Positions 1 to 9,320 of a DNA stretch of 64,000 bases are shown here, in pieces (within the stretch, counting starts at the first letter, position 1; the number at the start of each line of letters is the position of its first letter). The DNA is taken from positions 22,846 through 86,845 of the forward strand of contig JAQTQJ010000002.1 of NCBI GenBank assembly GCA_028712255.1, given 5' to 3'. Source of the DNA: Candidatus Omnitrophota bacterium. GTDB lineage: Bacteria > Omnitrophota > Gorgyraeia > Gygaellales > Profunditerraquicolaceae. Both the position numbers and the translations under genes were made by a program. The notes beneath the pieces are model-generated. The model worked only from the letters and a program-made list of their open reading frames with translations. It searched no databases and was not told the DNA's origin.

Positions 1-48
1 TCGGCCGGAGCCTGCACTGAGCGAAGCGAATGTGGCCTCAGAATGACG
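1..48. repeat. Partial copy (3' half) of a nested-palindrome intergenic repeat (…tgagcgaagcgaa…cctcagaatgacg), truncated by the window edge
   Basis: Shares the gagcgaagcga core and the cctcag(a/g)atgac arm with the copies at 9219-9304 and 10396-10460. Confidence 0.4.
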
Positions 49-89
49 CAAGATTAGTAATTTTGTAACAGTTCAAGGAAAGGGTGCTG

Positions 90-572
90 ATGCAATATAA
101 AGTTGGTATAGGTTACGATATTCATCGTTTAATTGAAGGCAGGCCTCTGTTTTTAGGGGCAGTTGAAATCCCTTATTTTAAAGGCCTTTTGGGACATTCC
201 GACGGCGATGCTTTGATACATGCGCTTTGTGATGCCTTATTGGGCGCCTTGGCATTGGGCGATATTGGAGAGCATTTTCCAGATACTGACCCTAAGTATC
301 AGGGAATCGCAAGTAGTAAGTTGCTGATGAGTGTTAAAGGATTGGTGGAAAAAAGCGGCTATAAAATCAATAATCTTGATTTAATTATTATTGCCCAGGA
401 ACCAACGCTTATTCCATTTAAGAAACAGATGAGGGAAAAGATTTGTGCCCTTTTGGATATTACGGAAGAGGCTGTAAATATAAAGGCCAAAACAAACGAG
501 GGATTGGGCGCGGTGGGAAACAAGGAGGCAATTGCCTGTTATGCGGTAGTTTCTTTGGTCAAAGGAGGATAG
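90..572 (+). CDS. ispF: 2-C-methyl-D-erythritol 2,4-cyclodiphosphate synthase
   Basis: Translation [11 protein letters not shown]…[11 protein letters not shown]…FPDTDPKY matches the IspF signature. ATG at 90 lies behind an aaggaaaggg RBS. The ORF track's 84 start is an upstream GTG. Confidence 0.9.
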   Translation: MQYKVGIGYDIHRLIEGRPLFLGAVEIPYFKGLLGHSDGDALIHALCDALLGALALGDIGEHFPDTDPKYQGIASSKLLMSVKGLVEKSGYKINNLDLIIIAQEPTLIPFKKQMREKICALLDITEEAVNIKAKTNEGLGAVGNKEAIACYAVVSLVKGG

Positions 573-574
573 AG

Positions 575-1261
575 ATGCTTTCTATTATTATAAATATATT
601 AATTATATTGTTAGCGCTTATTTTGATTAAGCTTGCGCTTATTTCCATAATTTTTTATGCAGACATAAGGGCGGCGCAAAGAAGAGACCCTGCGGCAAAA
701 AGTTTTATGGAGGTAATTTTTCTGTATCCAGGGCTGCATGCTTTGATCTATTATCGTATCGCGCATTTTTTATATCAGGCGCATTTATTTTTTCTGGCGC
801 GCCTTTTATCGCAAATCGCCAGGTTTTCTACCGGTATTGAGATTCACCCCGGAGCAAAAATCGGCAAAAGGTTTTTTATTGATCATGGTTTAGGTGTAGT
901 GATCGGAGAGACTGCGGTTATCGGAGATGATGTTCTGCTTTATCAAGGGTCAACTTTAGGCGGTACGGGGATTGTTAAGGGGAAACGCCATCCTACTGTT
1001 GGTAATAATGTGGTAGTCGGAGCAGGAGCGAAAGTCTTGGGTAATATTACTATCGGAGATAATTCTTATATAGGGGCAAATGCGGTGGTAATCAAAGATG
1101 TTCCTGCCAACTCCACGGTGGTAGGCGTTCCCGGGAGGATTACTAAGCAGGACGGTAAAAAAATAGATGTAAGCCTGGATCATATGCATACATTGGATCC
1201 GATCATGCAGTCAATCGAAGAGCTGCAGGATAGGATTAAAGAGTTAGAAAAGAATAAATAA
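575..1261 (+). CDS. cysE: Serine O-acetyltransferase
   Basis: RDPAAKS…LYPG(L)HAL motif, then left-handed hexapeptide repeats ([11 protein letters not shown]…[13 protein letters not shown]…). The long ORF 443-1261 overlaps ispF, so the internal ATG at 575 is the likely true start. Confidence 0.85.
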   Translation: MLSIIINILIILLALILIKLALISIIFYADIRAAQRRDPAAKSFMEVIFLYPGLHALIYYRIAHFLYQAHLFFLARLLSQIARFSTGIEIHPGAKIGKRFFIDHGLGVVIGETAVIGDDVLLYQGSTLGGTGIVKGKRHPTVGNNVVVGAGAKVLGNITIGDNSYIGANAVVIKDVPANSTVVGVPGRITKQDGKKIDVSLDHMHTLDPIMQSIEELQDRIKELEKNK

Positions 1262-1325
1262 GTTTTAAGCCGTAAGCTTAAAGCTTATAACTTACAACTT
1301 ATAGCTTATTTTGGCTTTAATAATC

Positions 1326-2786
1326 ATGCCTATTTTTATATATAATTCCCTCACAAGAAAAAAAGAAGAGTTTGTTCCTTTAAATCATCCGAAAGTAAAT
1401 ATCTATACTTGCGGCGTAACCGTTTATGACGATAGCCATATCGGGCATGCACGAAGTCTTTATATCTTCGATATAATCAGGAGATATTTAAAATACAGAG
1501 GTTTTGATGTTAAGTTTGTGCGCAACATTACCGATGTTGATGATAAAATTATCAACCGCGCAAACGAACTTAAAGTGCACTGGCAGGAATTGGTAAAAAA
1601 ATATATCGGCAGGTATTACCAAGATTTGGCGGCACTTGGTATTGAAAAAGGAGATTTTGAACCGCAGGCAACCGAGAATATCCCCGATATGGTTAGGTAT
1701 ATACAAACATTAATTGATAAAGGTTATGCTTATGCAGCAGGCGGCGATGTATATTTTAATGTGAGGAAATTTTCCGGCTATGGTTTGTTATCCGGGCAAA
1801 GCATAGATCAAATGGAAACCGGAGTCAGGATCGGCCCTTCGGAACTAAAGCATGATTCTCTGGATTTTGCGTTATGGAAAAAATCAAAAACTGGGGAGCC
1901 GTCCTGGGATAGTCCTTGGAGCCAAGGCAGGCCAGGTTGGCATATTGAATGTTCCGTAATGTCGCAGAAATTTTTGAAGACAGATACGCTTGATATACAC
2001 GCTGGCGGAAGAGACTTGATTTTTCCGCATCATGAAAATGAAATCGCCCAGGCTGAGGCACTCACCGGTAAACAGTTTGCCAAATACTGGATACATCACG
2101 GACTGCTGACAATTAATGGCCAGAAAATGTCCAAGTCGCTGGGGAATTTTGTTACGATAAAAGATGCATTAAGAAAATATCATCCCGATGTTTTAAAGTT
2201 GTTTTATCTTCAAGCTCATTATTCTAGTCCTATCGATTTCTCTGAGAAAAAGATGACTGAAGAAAAGCATCGATATATATCTTTTGTGCGCTTAAATGAT
2301 ATTTATAAAGAGTATAGAGCAAAGAATTTGAAAAAGGTACTAAGATTAAAAGATGTAGATATCGTAACCGTAAAAGAATATGAACATAAGTTTGAGAGTG
2401 CGATGGACGATGATTTTAATACACCACAAGTTTTAGCCGTTTTGGAACAGTTAAAGTCATATGCATATCATCTTCATGCCGATGATATAGTTAAGAATTG
2501 GCCTCAATTTAAATATTCGGTAGATACAATGAATCGTTTACTTCGTGATATTTTCGGTATGCATCCCGATATGGCCGACCTTATGGTGGATTCGAGATTC
2601 AGGGATATAATTGATGAAAATCTTAAAGATACTAAAATAATAGATGAAATGGTTAAAGAGCGTACGAGATTAAAGAAAGAAAAGAGTTTTACCGAGGCAG
2701 ATAAGATTAGGAAAGATTTAGAAGTAAAAGGTATTATATTAGAAGATAGGAAAGACGGTAAAACAGTTTGGAGATGGAATTTCTAG
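1326..2786 (+). CDS. cysS: Cysteine--tRNA ligase
   Basis: Class I aaRS HIGH motif (YTCGVTVYDDSHIGHARS) and KMSKS motif (KMSKSLGN). Start is ambiguous between 1311 (TTG) and 1326 (ATG). Confidence 0.9.
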   Translation: MPIFIYNSLTRKKEEFVPLNHPKVNIYTCGVTVYDDSHIGHARSLYIFDIIRRYLKYRGFDVKFVRNITDVDDKIINRANELKVHWQELVKKYIGRYYQDLAALGIEKGDFEPQATENIPDMVRYIQTLIDKGYAYAAGGDVYFNVRKFSGYGLLSGQSIDQMETGVRIGPSELKHDSLDFALWKKSKTGEPSWDSPWSQGRPGWHIECSVMSQKFLKTDTLDIHAGGRDLIFPHHENEIAQAEALTGKQFAKYWIHHGLLTINGQKMSKSLGNFVTIKDALRKYHPDVLKLFYLQAHYSSPIDFSEKKMTEEKHRYISFVRLNDIYKEYRAKNLKKVLRLKDVDIVTVKEYEHKFESAMDDDFNTPQVLAVLEQLKSYAYHLHADDIVKNWPQFKYSVDTMNRLLRDIFGMHPDMADLMVDSRFRDIIDENLKDTKIIDEMVKERTRLKKEKSFTEADKIRKDLEVKGIILEDRKDGKTVWRWNF

Positions 2787-2870
2787 CAGATGGTCGAAGT
2801 TATAAAGGATCAAGACGCTGTTGGTATTTTTTTATGAATGCATCGGGTTTAAGAGCGTTGATTTTGTAGC

Positions 2871-3278
2871 GTATCCCCCTCCCCTTGTGGGAGGGGAAAG
2901 GGGCGGGGTAGGTGAAGGGCAAATTGACATCCACTGCCAGGAAGTTAAGGAATAATTCCACAGAAACTGAAAAATGCCTCTGGCAGGCGCTTCGTTACCA
3001 TGGGCTTGGGGTTAAGTTTCGCAGGCAGGCTGTTATCGGCCGGTATATCGTTGATTTTGTATGTTTTGAAAAGAAATTGATTATTGAAGTTGACGGTGGA
3101 CAGCATTCATCATCACAGGAAGATATTGAACGTGATCAATGGCTGCTTAAGCAGGGGTTCAAGATTTTAAGGTTTTGGAATCATGATGTGCTTGGCAATC
3201 AAGAGGGAGTTTTATCTAAGATAGTTGATTCTTTAAAATTGCCCCCTCCCTATCCCTCCCCACAAGGGGGAGGGTATC
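2871..3278 (+). mobile_element. Compact DUF559-endonuclease cassette bounded by ~37-bp GC-rich imperfect inverted repeats, each itself a palindrome
   Basis: Left arm at 2871-2908 is gtatccccctccccttgtgggaggggaaaggggcgggg. The reverse complement of the right arm at 3241-3278 aligns to it at roughly 30 of 36 positions. The arms are far more GC-rich than their surroundings. Confidence 0.45.
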
Positions 3279-3298
3279 TCAATGGGATAAAATTATGA
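2912..3298 (+). CDS. DUF559 (endonuclease-domain, Vsr-like fold) protein
   Basis: Core VDF…EVDGGQH…D..RD..L…G..ILRF.N..V is typical of DUF559. GTG start sits directly after the left repeat. The C-terminal tail LPPPYPSPQGGGY is encoded by the right repeat and the stop overlaps the tmk ATG. Confidence 0.7.
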   Translation: MKGKLTSTARKLRNNSTETEKCLWQALRYHGLGVKFRRQAVIGRYIVDFVCFEKKLIIEVDGGQHSSSQEDIERDQWLLKQGFKILRFWNHDVLGNQEGVLSKIVDSLKLPPPYPSPQGGGYLNGIKL

Positions 3299-3903
3299 AA
3301 GGTAAATTCATTACATTCGAAGGGTCTGAGGGCTGCGGGAAGAGTACGCAGTCAAAAATGCTCTTTGACTGTCTTTTAGCAAAGGGGTTAAAGGTGATTT
3401 ATCTTCGCGAGCCCGGAGGTGTCAATGTAAGTGAAATGATTAGGGAGATATTGCTTAATCCTAAAAATAAGATATCTGCCGAAGCCGAGACTTTGCTTTA
3501 TATGGCTGCCCGCGCTCAAGTAGTTGAAGAGATTATTAAACCTGCGCTTATGGCGGAAAAAATAGTTATTTGCGATAGATTCATGGATTCAACTATTTGT
3601 TATCAGGGTTATGGATTAGGCATAGATATAAAATTAATTAAATCCATCGGTAATTTTGCTACTAGCGGTATAAGCCCTGATTTAACTATTTTTTTGGATC
3701 TACCTGTTAAAAGTGGGCTTAAATATCGGCATAAGTGCAAAGATCGTATCGAACAACGCTCTATCGGCTATCATGAGAAGGTGAGGAAAGGGTATCTTAG
3801 GCTTGTTAATAATGAGCCAGGAAGAATTAAGATAGTTAAGGTAGAAGAGAATAAATTTGAAACTCAAGCTAAAGTCAGGGAGATTGTGAATGCACTTTTC
3901 TGA
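3295..3903 (+). CDS. tmk: Thymidylate kinase
   Basis: P-loop FITFEGSEGCGKSTQ and the DRF…S motif. Confidence 0.9.
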   Translation: MKGKFITFEGSEGCGKSTQSKMLFDCLLAKGLKVIYLREPGGVNVSEMIREILLNPKNKISAEAETLLYMAARAQVVEEIIKPALMAEKIVICDRFMDSTICYQGYGLGIDIKLIKSIGNFATSGISPDLTIFLDLPVKSGLKYRHKCKDRIEQRSIGYHEKVRKGYLRLVNNEPGRIKIVKVEENKFETQAKVREIVNALF

Positions 3904-4849
3904 TATTTTAGGGCACAAAAAATCCTTAAACATAATCAATGCTTATATAGAAGGATCAAGCTTTTCCGGCGGATTTATCTTTAGCGGACCGGAAGGAATT
4001 GGTAAAAGAATGGTTGCCCAAGTTTGCGCTCAAAAATTAAATTGTACGGCTCAAAATGATAAACCATGCGGCTTATGTGTTGCCTGCCGCAAAATTGAAA
4101 AGCTAGAGCATCCCGATCTACATATTATCCAAAATGGCCAGTCGCAGATAAAAATTGAGGATATTCGTGGTATTTTGCGGGAGGCCAATTTTCGCCCGTA
4201 TGAGGGATCGATGAAGATTTTTATTATCGATAACGCGCATAAGCTTAATATAGAGGCGGCAAACTCACTGCTTAAAACGCTGGAGGAGCCACCCAAAGAT
4301 GTATTGATTATTTTAATAACGCATAAACCACAGAATATCATTAAAACTATTAGTTCTCGCTGTAAGCAAATAAAATTTTCTCCACTCGTAAGGGGGGAGC
4401 TTGAAACCATTTTGATTAAGGATTATTCTTTGGACAAGGCTGCTGCGCATTTCCTTAGTTTTTATTCCGAAGGCAGATTAGGCCTGGCTTTGAGATTAAA
4501 GGACTCTTTGTATCTGGCTCAAAAAAATAAGATATTTGATTCTTTTGTACTTTCTTCAAAGCCCCTTGAGCCTAATTTGATGGGGCAAAATAAGGAAGAG
4601 CTGCGTTCTTGTTTAAATATTCTTGCTTCCTGGTTCAGGGATATATATCTAATTAAGGCAGGATGTCCAGATAAAGAAATAATACATTTGGATAGGATTG
4701 GCGATTTATCAAAAATACACCTAAGATTTTCATTTAAACAGCTCGATGATATTATGGCGACTATATCGGATAGCTCGCTGTATTTGGAAAAAAATATTAA
4801 CAGTAAGTTACTCTTACACAACTTAGGAGCATTATGGCAGAGAACATGA
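3890..4849 (+). CDS. holB: DNA polymerase III delta-prime subunit
   Basis: AAA+ clamp-loader fold: GPEGIGK Walker A, a CGLCVACRKI zinc module, and the SRC motif (SSRCKQIKF). Confidence 0.85.
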   Translation: MHFSDILGHKKSLNIINAYIEGSSFSGGFIFSGPEGIGKRMVAQVCAQKLNCTAQNDKPCGLCVACRKIEKLEHPDLHIIQNGQSQIKIEDIRGILREANFRPYEGSMKIFIIDNAHKLNIEAANSLLKTLEEPPKDVLIILITHKPQNIIKTISSRCKQIKFSPLVRGELETILIKDYSLDKAAAHFLSFYSEGRLGLALRLKDSLYLAQKNKIFDSFVLSSKPLEPNLMGQNKEELRSCLNILASWFRDIYLIKAGCPDKEIIHLDRIGDLSKIHLRFSFKQLDDIMATISDSSLYLEKNINSKLLLHNLGALWQRT

Positions 4850-5649
4850 TTTTGGTACAGCTTAGGAATTCCGGCTTGGTTGGCCTGTATCAAGCAGGGA
4901 ATTTAATTTTAAAAGCCGGTGATTGTGTGATTGTTGAGCATGACAGGGGATTAGATTACGGGAGTGTTGTTTTACCAGGGCATGCCCGTTGTTGTGCTAC
5001 TACTGAGGAGGGGGCAAAAGAGCCAGCGAAGAGGATAATTCGTCTGGCTAAGGAAAGCGATCTTAAGCAGATTGAAGATAATTTATCTAAAGCTAAGGAA
5101 GCATATAATGTTTGCGAGAAAAAAATCCTTGAGCATAAACTGGATATGAAATTAGTAAAGGCAGAGTATTCCTTTGACCGCTCAAAAATCTTGTTTTATT
5201 TTACTTCAGACGGCAGGGTAGATTTTCGTAACTTAGTCAAAGATTTGGCCAAGATGTTTAAGGCGCGTATTGAATTAAGGCAGATTGGGGTAAGGGATGA
5301 GGCCAGGCTTTTTGGTGGATATGGTTCATGCGGCCGGGAACTTTGCTGTAAAAAATTCCTGAAGGATTTTGAGCCGGTAACTATTAAAATGGCTAAAGAA
5401 GAAGGGCTGCCTTTGAATCCGCCTAAGATTTCTGGTCTCTGCGGCAGGCTTATGTGCTGCCTCTCTTATGAATATGAAACCTATAAGTTACTTTCTAAAG
5501 GCTTGCCGCATGAAGGAGAACATATAAGCACACAGCAAGGCAAGGGTAAGGTCATTAGTGTAAATGTTTTTAAGCGCATAGTCGGTGTTGAGCTTGAAGA
5601 GGGCGGTTATTTAGAAGTAAGTTATAAAGAAAAAGAGCATGGCAAATAA
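4834..5649 (+). CDS. ricT: PSP1-domain protein (YaaT/RicT-like)
   Basis: PSP1 C-terminal domain with the conserved Cys-rich GSCGRELCCKKFL…GLCGRLMCC segment. Sits directly after holB as in many bacteria. Confidence 0.75.
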   Translation: MAENMILVQLRNSGLVGLYQAGNLILKAGDCVIVEHDRGLDYGSVVLPGHARCCATTEEGAKEPAKRIIRLAKESDLKQIEDNLSKAKEAYNVCEKKILEHKLDMKLVKAEYSFDRSKILFYFTSDGRVDFRNLVKDLAKMFKARIELRQIGVRDEARLFGGYGSCGRELCCKKFLKDFEPVTIKMAKEEGLPLNPPKISGLCGRLMCCLSYEYETYKLLSKGLPHEGEHISTQQGKGKVISVNVFKRIVGVELEEGGYLEVSYKEKEHGK

Positions 5650-7216
5650 ATTTTATATCACTACTCCTATTTATTATGTGAATGCATCCCCGCATATCGG
5701 CCATTCATATACAAATATTGCCGCAGACACCCTTGCCCGCTATAACCGTAATATTCTAGGAAAAGAAAATGTCTGGTTTCTTACCGGGACCGATGAACAC
5801 GGCCAAAAAATAAAGAAAGCTGCCGATGATGCAGGGCTTTCACCAATTGAATTTGTCGATAAAGTAGTACTGCAGTTTAGGGATCTATGGAAGAAGCTTG
5901 AGATATCCAATGACGATTTCATCCGCACGACTCAAGGCAAGCATATTAAGTGCGTACAAAAGGCGCTTCAGATTGTATATGACAAAGGGGATATTTATGA
6001 AGGTAAATATGAAGGCTGGTATTGTACTCCTTGTGAGACATTCTGGCCCCTTTCGCAAATTACTGATAAGCCGCACGGCAATGGTTTGGCCTCCACTGGC
6101 CAAAGCCATAGCCTTTGTCCGGATTGTAAACGGCCACTTGAAAAAATAGTTGAAACTAATTTTTTCTTCAAATTATCAAAATATCAAGATTGGCTGATTA
6201 AATACATTAAAGATACTGATAATAATCCAGAGCGTATTCATTATATCCAACCGGCTTCCAGAAGGAATGAAGTCTTGGGTTTTTTAGAGAATAATAAACT
6301 GGAAGATCTTTGTATTTCCCGCCCCATAGAACGGCTCAGCTGGGGTATACCTTTACCTTTTAGCGCAAAGCATGTTACTTATGTTTGGTTTGATGCCCTG
6401 ATTAATTATATCAGCGCGGTTGGGGAGTTTGACGCGCAAAATATCTATCGCTCCGCTTGGTGGGATAAGGATGTAAGGGTTGTACATTTGGTAGGTAAAG
6501 ATATTTTAAGGCATCATGCTGTTTACTGGCCGATTATGTTGGAGGCTCTGGGTATAAGGCAGCCGGACACAATATTTGCTCATGGCTGGTGGATGATTAA
6601 CGAAGATAAAATGTCCAAGTCACGCGGTAATATGGTTAATCCAGTTGAAATGGTAGATAAATTTGGCATAGACGTATACCGTTATTTTCTTCTGCGTGAT
6701 GTGCCATTTGGTTTAGATGGTAATTTTTCAGAAGAAGCTATAATTAAAAGATTCAACGGTGATTTAGCCAATGATTTAGGCAATCTGATATATCGCACAC
6801 TAACGATGATCGAGAAATATTATTCGGGTAAAATACCGGATTTGGATATTTATAATACTGGTTATGATGTTAGTGGCCAGAATATAAAAGATACGATAAA
6901 AAATCTGCATCAAGCAGTTTATGCTTCTTTAAATTGGGGTAATGATTTTAGCCTGGCACTTGAGAAAATTTGGGAGGTTATAGGTATAACAAATAAGTAT
7001 GTTGAAGAGACCAAGCCCTGGAACCTGGTAAAAGAGGGTAAGGTTGAGCAGTTGCAAGCTTTTATCTGTTTATTAGTTGAGGCGATTAGAAAAATTGGCA
7101 TAGAGATTGCTCCTTTTATGCCAAAGACCGCAGAATCTATTTTTTTGCAATTAGGCGGCAAAGAGATTAAAAAAGGAGCGCCTTTATTCCCTCGTATTGA
7201 AACCAAAAAGAAATAA
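5639..7216 (+). CDS. metG: Methionine--tRNA ligase
   Basis: HIGH motif (PHIGHSYT), KMSKS motif (KMSKSRGN) and a CPDC zinc knuckle. Confidence 0.9.
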   Translation: MANKFYITTPIYYVNASPHIGHSYTNIAADTLARYNRNILGKENVWFLTGTDEHGQKIKKAADDAGLSPIEFVDKVVLQFRDLWKKLEISNDDFIRTTQGKHIKCVQKALQIVYDKGDIYEGKYEGWYCTPCETFWPLSQITDKPHGNGLASTGQSHSLCPDCKRPLEKIVETNFFFKLSKYQDWLIKYIKDTDNNPERIHYIQPASRRNEVLGFLENNKLEDLCISRPIERLSWGIPLPFSAKHVTYVWFDALINYISAVGEFDAQNIYRSAWWDKDVRVVHLVGKDILRHHAVYWPIMLEALGIRQPDTIFAHGWWMINEDKMSKSRGNMVNPVEMVDKFGIDVYRYFLLRDVPFGLDGNFSEEAIIKRFNGDLANDLGNLIYRTLTMIEKYYSGKIPDLDIYNTGYDVSGQNIKDTIKNLHQAVYASLNWGNDFSLALEKIWEVIGITNKYVEETKPWNLVKEGKVEQLQAFICLLVEAIRKIGIEIAPFMPKTAESIFLQLGGKEIKKGAPLFPRIETKKK

Positions 7217-7218
7217 AT

Positions 7219-7992
7219 TTGTTTTTTATGCTTATCGATACTCATTGCCATCTTGATTTTCCTGCATTCAACGTGGACCGCGACGCGGTTATCCAGCGGG
7301 CAACCGATGCGGGAATAGCCTATTTTATAAATATCGGCGCTACTCTTGAATCTTCAATTGCTTCCTGTGAATTAGCCAAAAAATATACGCAAATTTATGC
7401 CAGCGTGGGTGTGCATCCGCATGATGCAGATGGTTTTGATGTTCGAGCAGAAAATAAATTAAGGGAGCTTGCGCAAAGTAACAAGGTCGTTGCTATCGGT
7501 GAAACAGGCCTTGATTATTATCGCAATTTGTCTAACCCGGATAATCAGAAAGAAGCGTTTATTAAACAAATTGAATTAGCCAAAGAATTAAAATTGCCAT
7601 TGGTGATTCACTGCCGCCAGGCTGAAGCTGATGTTATACAGATTATAAAAAGCGCTTTGCCTTTGGCTGCTGTGGTGCATTGTTTTTCCGGAGATGAAAA
7701 ATTTTTACAAGAATGCCTGGAATGCGGATTCTTTATCTCTTTTACCTGTAATATTACTTACAAAAAGGCTCAAAACTTAAGGGAGATGGTTCACTTAGCT
7801 CCCCTTGATAGATTGATGTTGGAAACCGATGCCCCATATTTGTCCCCGGAAGGATTCCGAGGGTTACGTAATGAGCCGCTTCAGATAAAATTATTGGCAG
7901 AGGAGGTTAGCCGGATAAAAGGGGTTAGTTTTGGGGAGATTGCAAACAAAACAAGCCAAAACGCAAAGAAATTCTTTAATTTAAAGGAATAA
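7219..7992 (+). CDS. tatD: TatD-family metal-dependent hydrolase
   Basis: LIDTHCHLD N-terminal signature and the later GETGLDY, HCR, ETDAPY motifs. Confidence 0.85.
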   Translation: MFFMLIDTHCHLDFPAFNVDRDAVIQRATDAGIAYFINIGATLESSIASCELAKKYTQIYASVGVHPHDADGFDVRAENKLRELAQSNKVVAIGETGLDYYRNLSNPDNQKEAFIKQIELAKELKLPLVIHCRQAEADVIQIIKSALPLAAVVHCFSGDEKFLQECLECGFFISFTCNITYKKAQNLREMVHLAPLDRLMLETDAPYLSPEGFRGLRNEPLQIKLLAEEVSRIKGVSFGEIANKTSQNAKKFFNLKE

Positions 7993-8050
7993 AAGGAACC
8001 GTTTCTATTTTTTAGAACGGAACTCGAAAAAATAGAAACGGTCCCTTTTA
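7993..8050 (+). terminator. Long hairpin followed by a T-run; member of the gaaccgt/acggttc hairpin family
   Basis: aaaaggaaccgtttctatttttt…aaaaaatagaaacggtccctttt forms an ~18-bp stem, then ttttatt. Followed by a gagaaccgtcccctt half-site. Confidence 0.5.
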
Positions 8051-8066
8051 TTAGAGAACCGTCCCC

Positions 8067-9200
8067 TTGATATTTAAAATGAATGCTAAAGTTTCTATAG
8101 TTAGATGTGGTAGTTATGAACCAAAAGCCGTCCAACAGGCAATAAGTGATATGCTTGGTTTTTTAGGCGGAATCACAGCTTTTATTAAACCGGGTTCCTT
8201 AGTACTGGTAAAACCAAATCTTCTGATGGCTAAGGAGCCGGAGAGCGGCATTACTACGCATCCGGAAGTCGTCAGGGCGGTTATCCGTATATTAAAAGAA
8301 ATAAATTGCAAGATTATCATTGGTGACGGGCCAAGCGTCTGGGGTAAATATGTGGAAAATGTAGATGGTGTTTATGATATTACCGGGATAAAGAAGGTTT
8401 GTCAGGATGAAGGGGTTGGCCTGGTAATTTTCGATAAGCGCAGGATGCGTGATAAATTTCCGTTGACCACCTGGCTAGATGATTGCGATTATTTAGTGAA
8501 CTTGCCTAAATTTAAAACTCATGAATTTACTTTACTTACCGGCTCAATCAAAAATCTTTTTGGTTTGGTTTCCGGAACCTACAAAACCGAACTGCATAAA
8601 AATTATTTTGAGCCTGCGGAATTTGCCAAGATTCTTGTAGATATATATGAACAAGCTAAACCTGCTCTAACGATTATCGATGGGATCTTAGCCATGGAGG
8701 GAGATGGCCCGGCAACTAGCGGCAAAACTCGCCAGCTTGGCCTTTTATTGGGCGGTTCTGATTGTGTGGCGCTGGATACGATTATGGCTAAAATAATGGG
8801 GATTACTAATCAGGAGATTTTATCGACAAAAGAAGCAGCAAGGCGCGGCCTGGGAGAAAATCAGGTACGTAGAATTAAAATAGAAGGAGAGGATATTAAT
8901 AAATTGAATATTCGGCCGTTTATCATGCCGACAAATTCTATAATGATAAGCAGGCTGCCGGCGCCGATTAAAAAAATGCTTAAGCCTTTGATTCGGTATT
9001 ATCCATATTGCCTTAATGCAAAATGTATCCGTTGTGGGCATTGCGTTGAGGTTTGCCCGCGCCGATGCATTAAGCTAAAAAAGAACGGTGTTCGTTTTGA
9101 TTATAAAAATTGTATTGCCTGTTTTTGTTGCCAGGAGACTTGTCCACAAGCGGCAATTAAAGTGAAAAAGAGTATCTTGGCTAAGCTCATAGGGTTATAA
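8067..9200 (+). CDS. DUF362-domain protein with a C-terminal 2x[4Fe-4S] ferredoxin module
   Basis: Two CxxCxxCxxxCP motifs at the C-terminus (CIRCGHCVEVCP, CIACFCCQETCP) after a DUF362-like body. Confidence 0.7.
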   Translation: MIFKMNAKVSIVRCGSYEPKAVQQAISDMLGFLGGITAFIKPGSLVLVKPNLLMAKEPESGITTHPEVVRAVIRILKEINCKIIIGDGPSVWGKYVENVDGVYDITGIKKVCQDEGVGLVIFDKRRMRDKFPLTTWLDDCDYLVNLPKFKTHEFTLLTGSIKNLFGLVSGTYKTELHKNYFEPAEFAKILVDIYEQAKPALTIIDGILAMEGDGPATSGKTRQLGLLLGGSDCVALDTIMAKIMGITNQEILSTKEAARRGLGENQVRRIKIEGEDINKLNIRPFIMPTNSIMISRLPAPIKKMLKPLIRYYPYCLNAKCIRCGHCVEVCPRRCIKLKKNGVRFDYKNCIACFCCQETCPQAAIKVKKSILAKLIGL

Positions 9201-9218
9201 TGTTAGCGGGTTATTATT

Positions 9219-9304
9219 CGTCATTCTGAGGAGCCCCGCCAAAGGCGGGACGACGAAGAATCTTAGAAGCGAGATCCTTCGGGCCTATGGCCCTCAGGAT
9301 GACA
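9219..9304. repeat. Nested-palindrome intergenic repeat (cgtcattctgagg…gaagaatc…gatccttcg…cctcaggatgac)
   Basis: Outer 12-bp inverted arms plus inner hairpins (ccccgcc aaa ggcggg; gaagaatc/gatccttc). A second full copy sits immediately downstream of mtnA. Confidence 0.5.
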
Positions 9305-9320
9305 GCCACCCACTAATAAA

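Noticed and set aside
443-574. N-terminal 44 codons of the long ORF 443-1261 overlapping the ispF 3' end
   Set aside because: The SAT homology begins at the internal ATG at 575. The upstream extension ([25 protein letters not shown]…) is a low-complexity out-of-frame read-through of ispF with no RBS.
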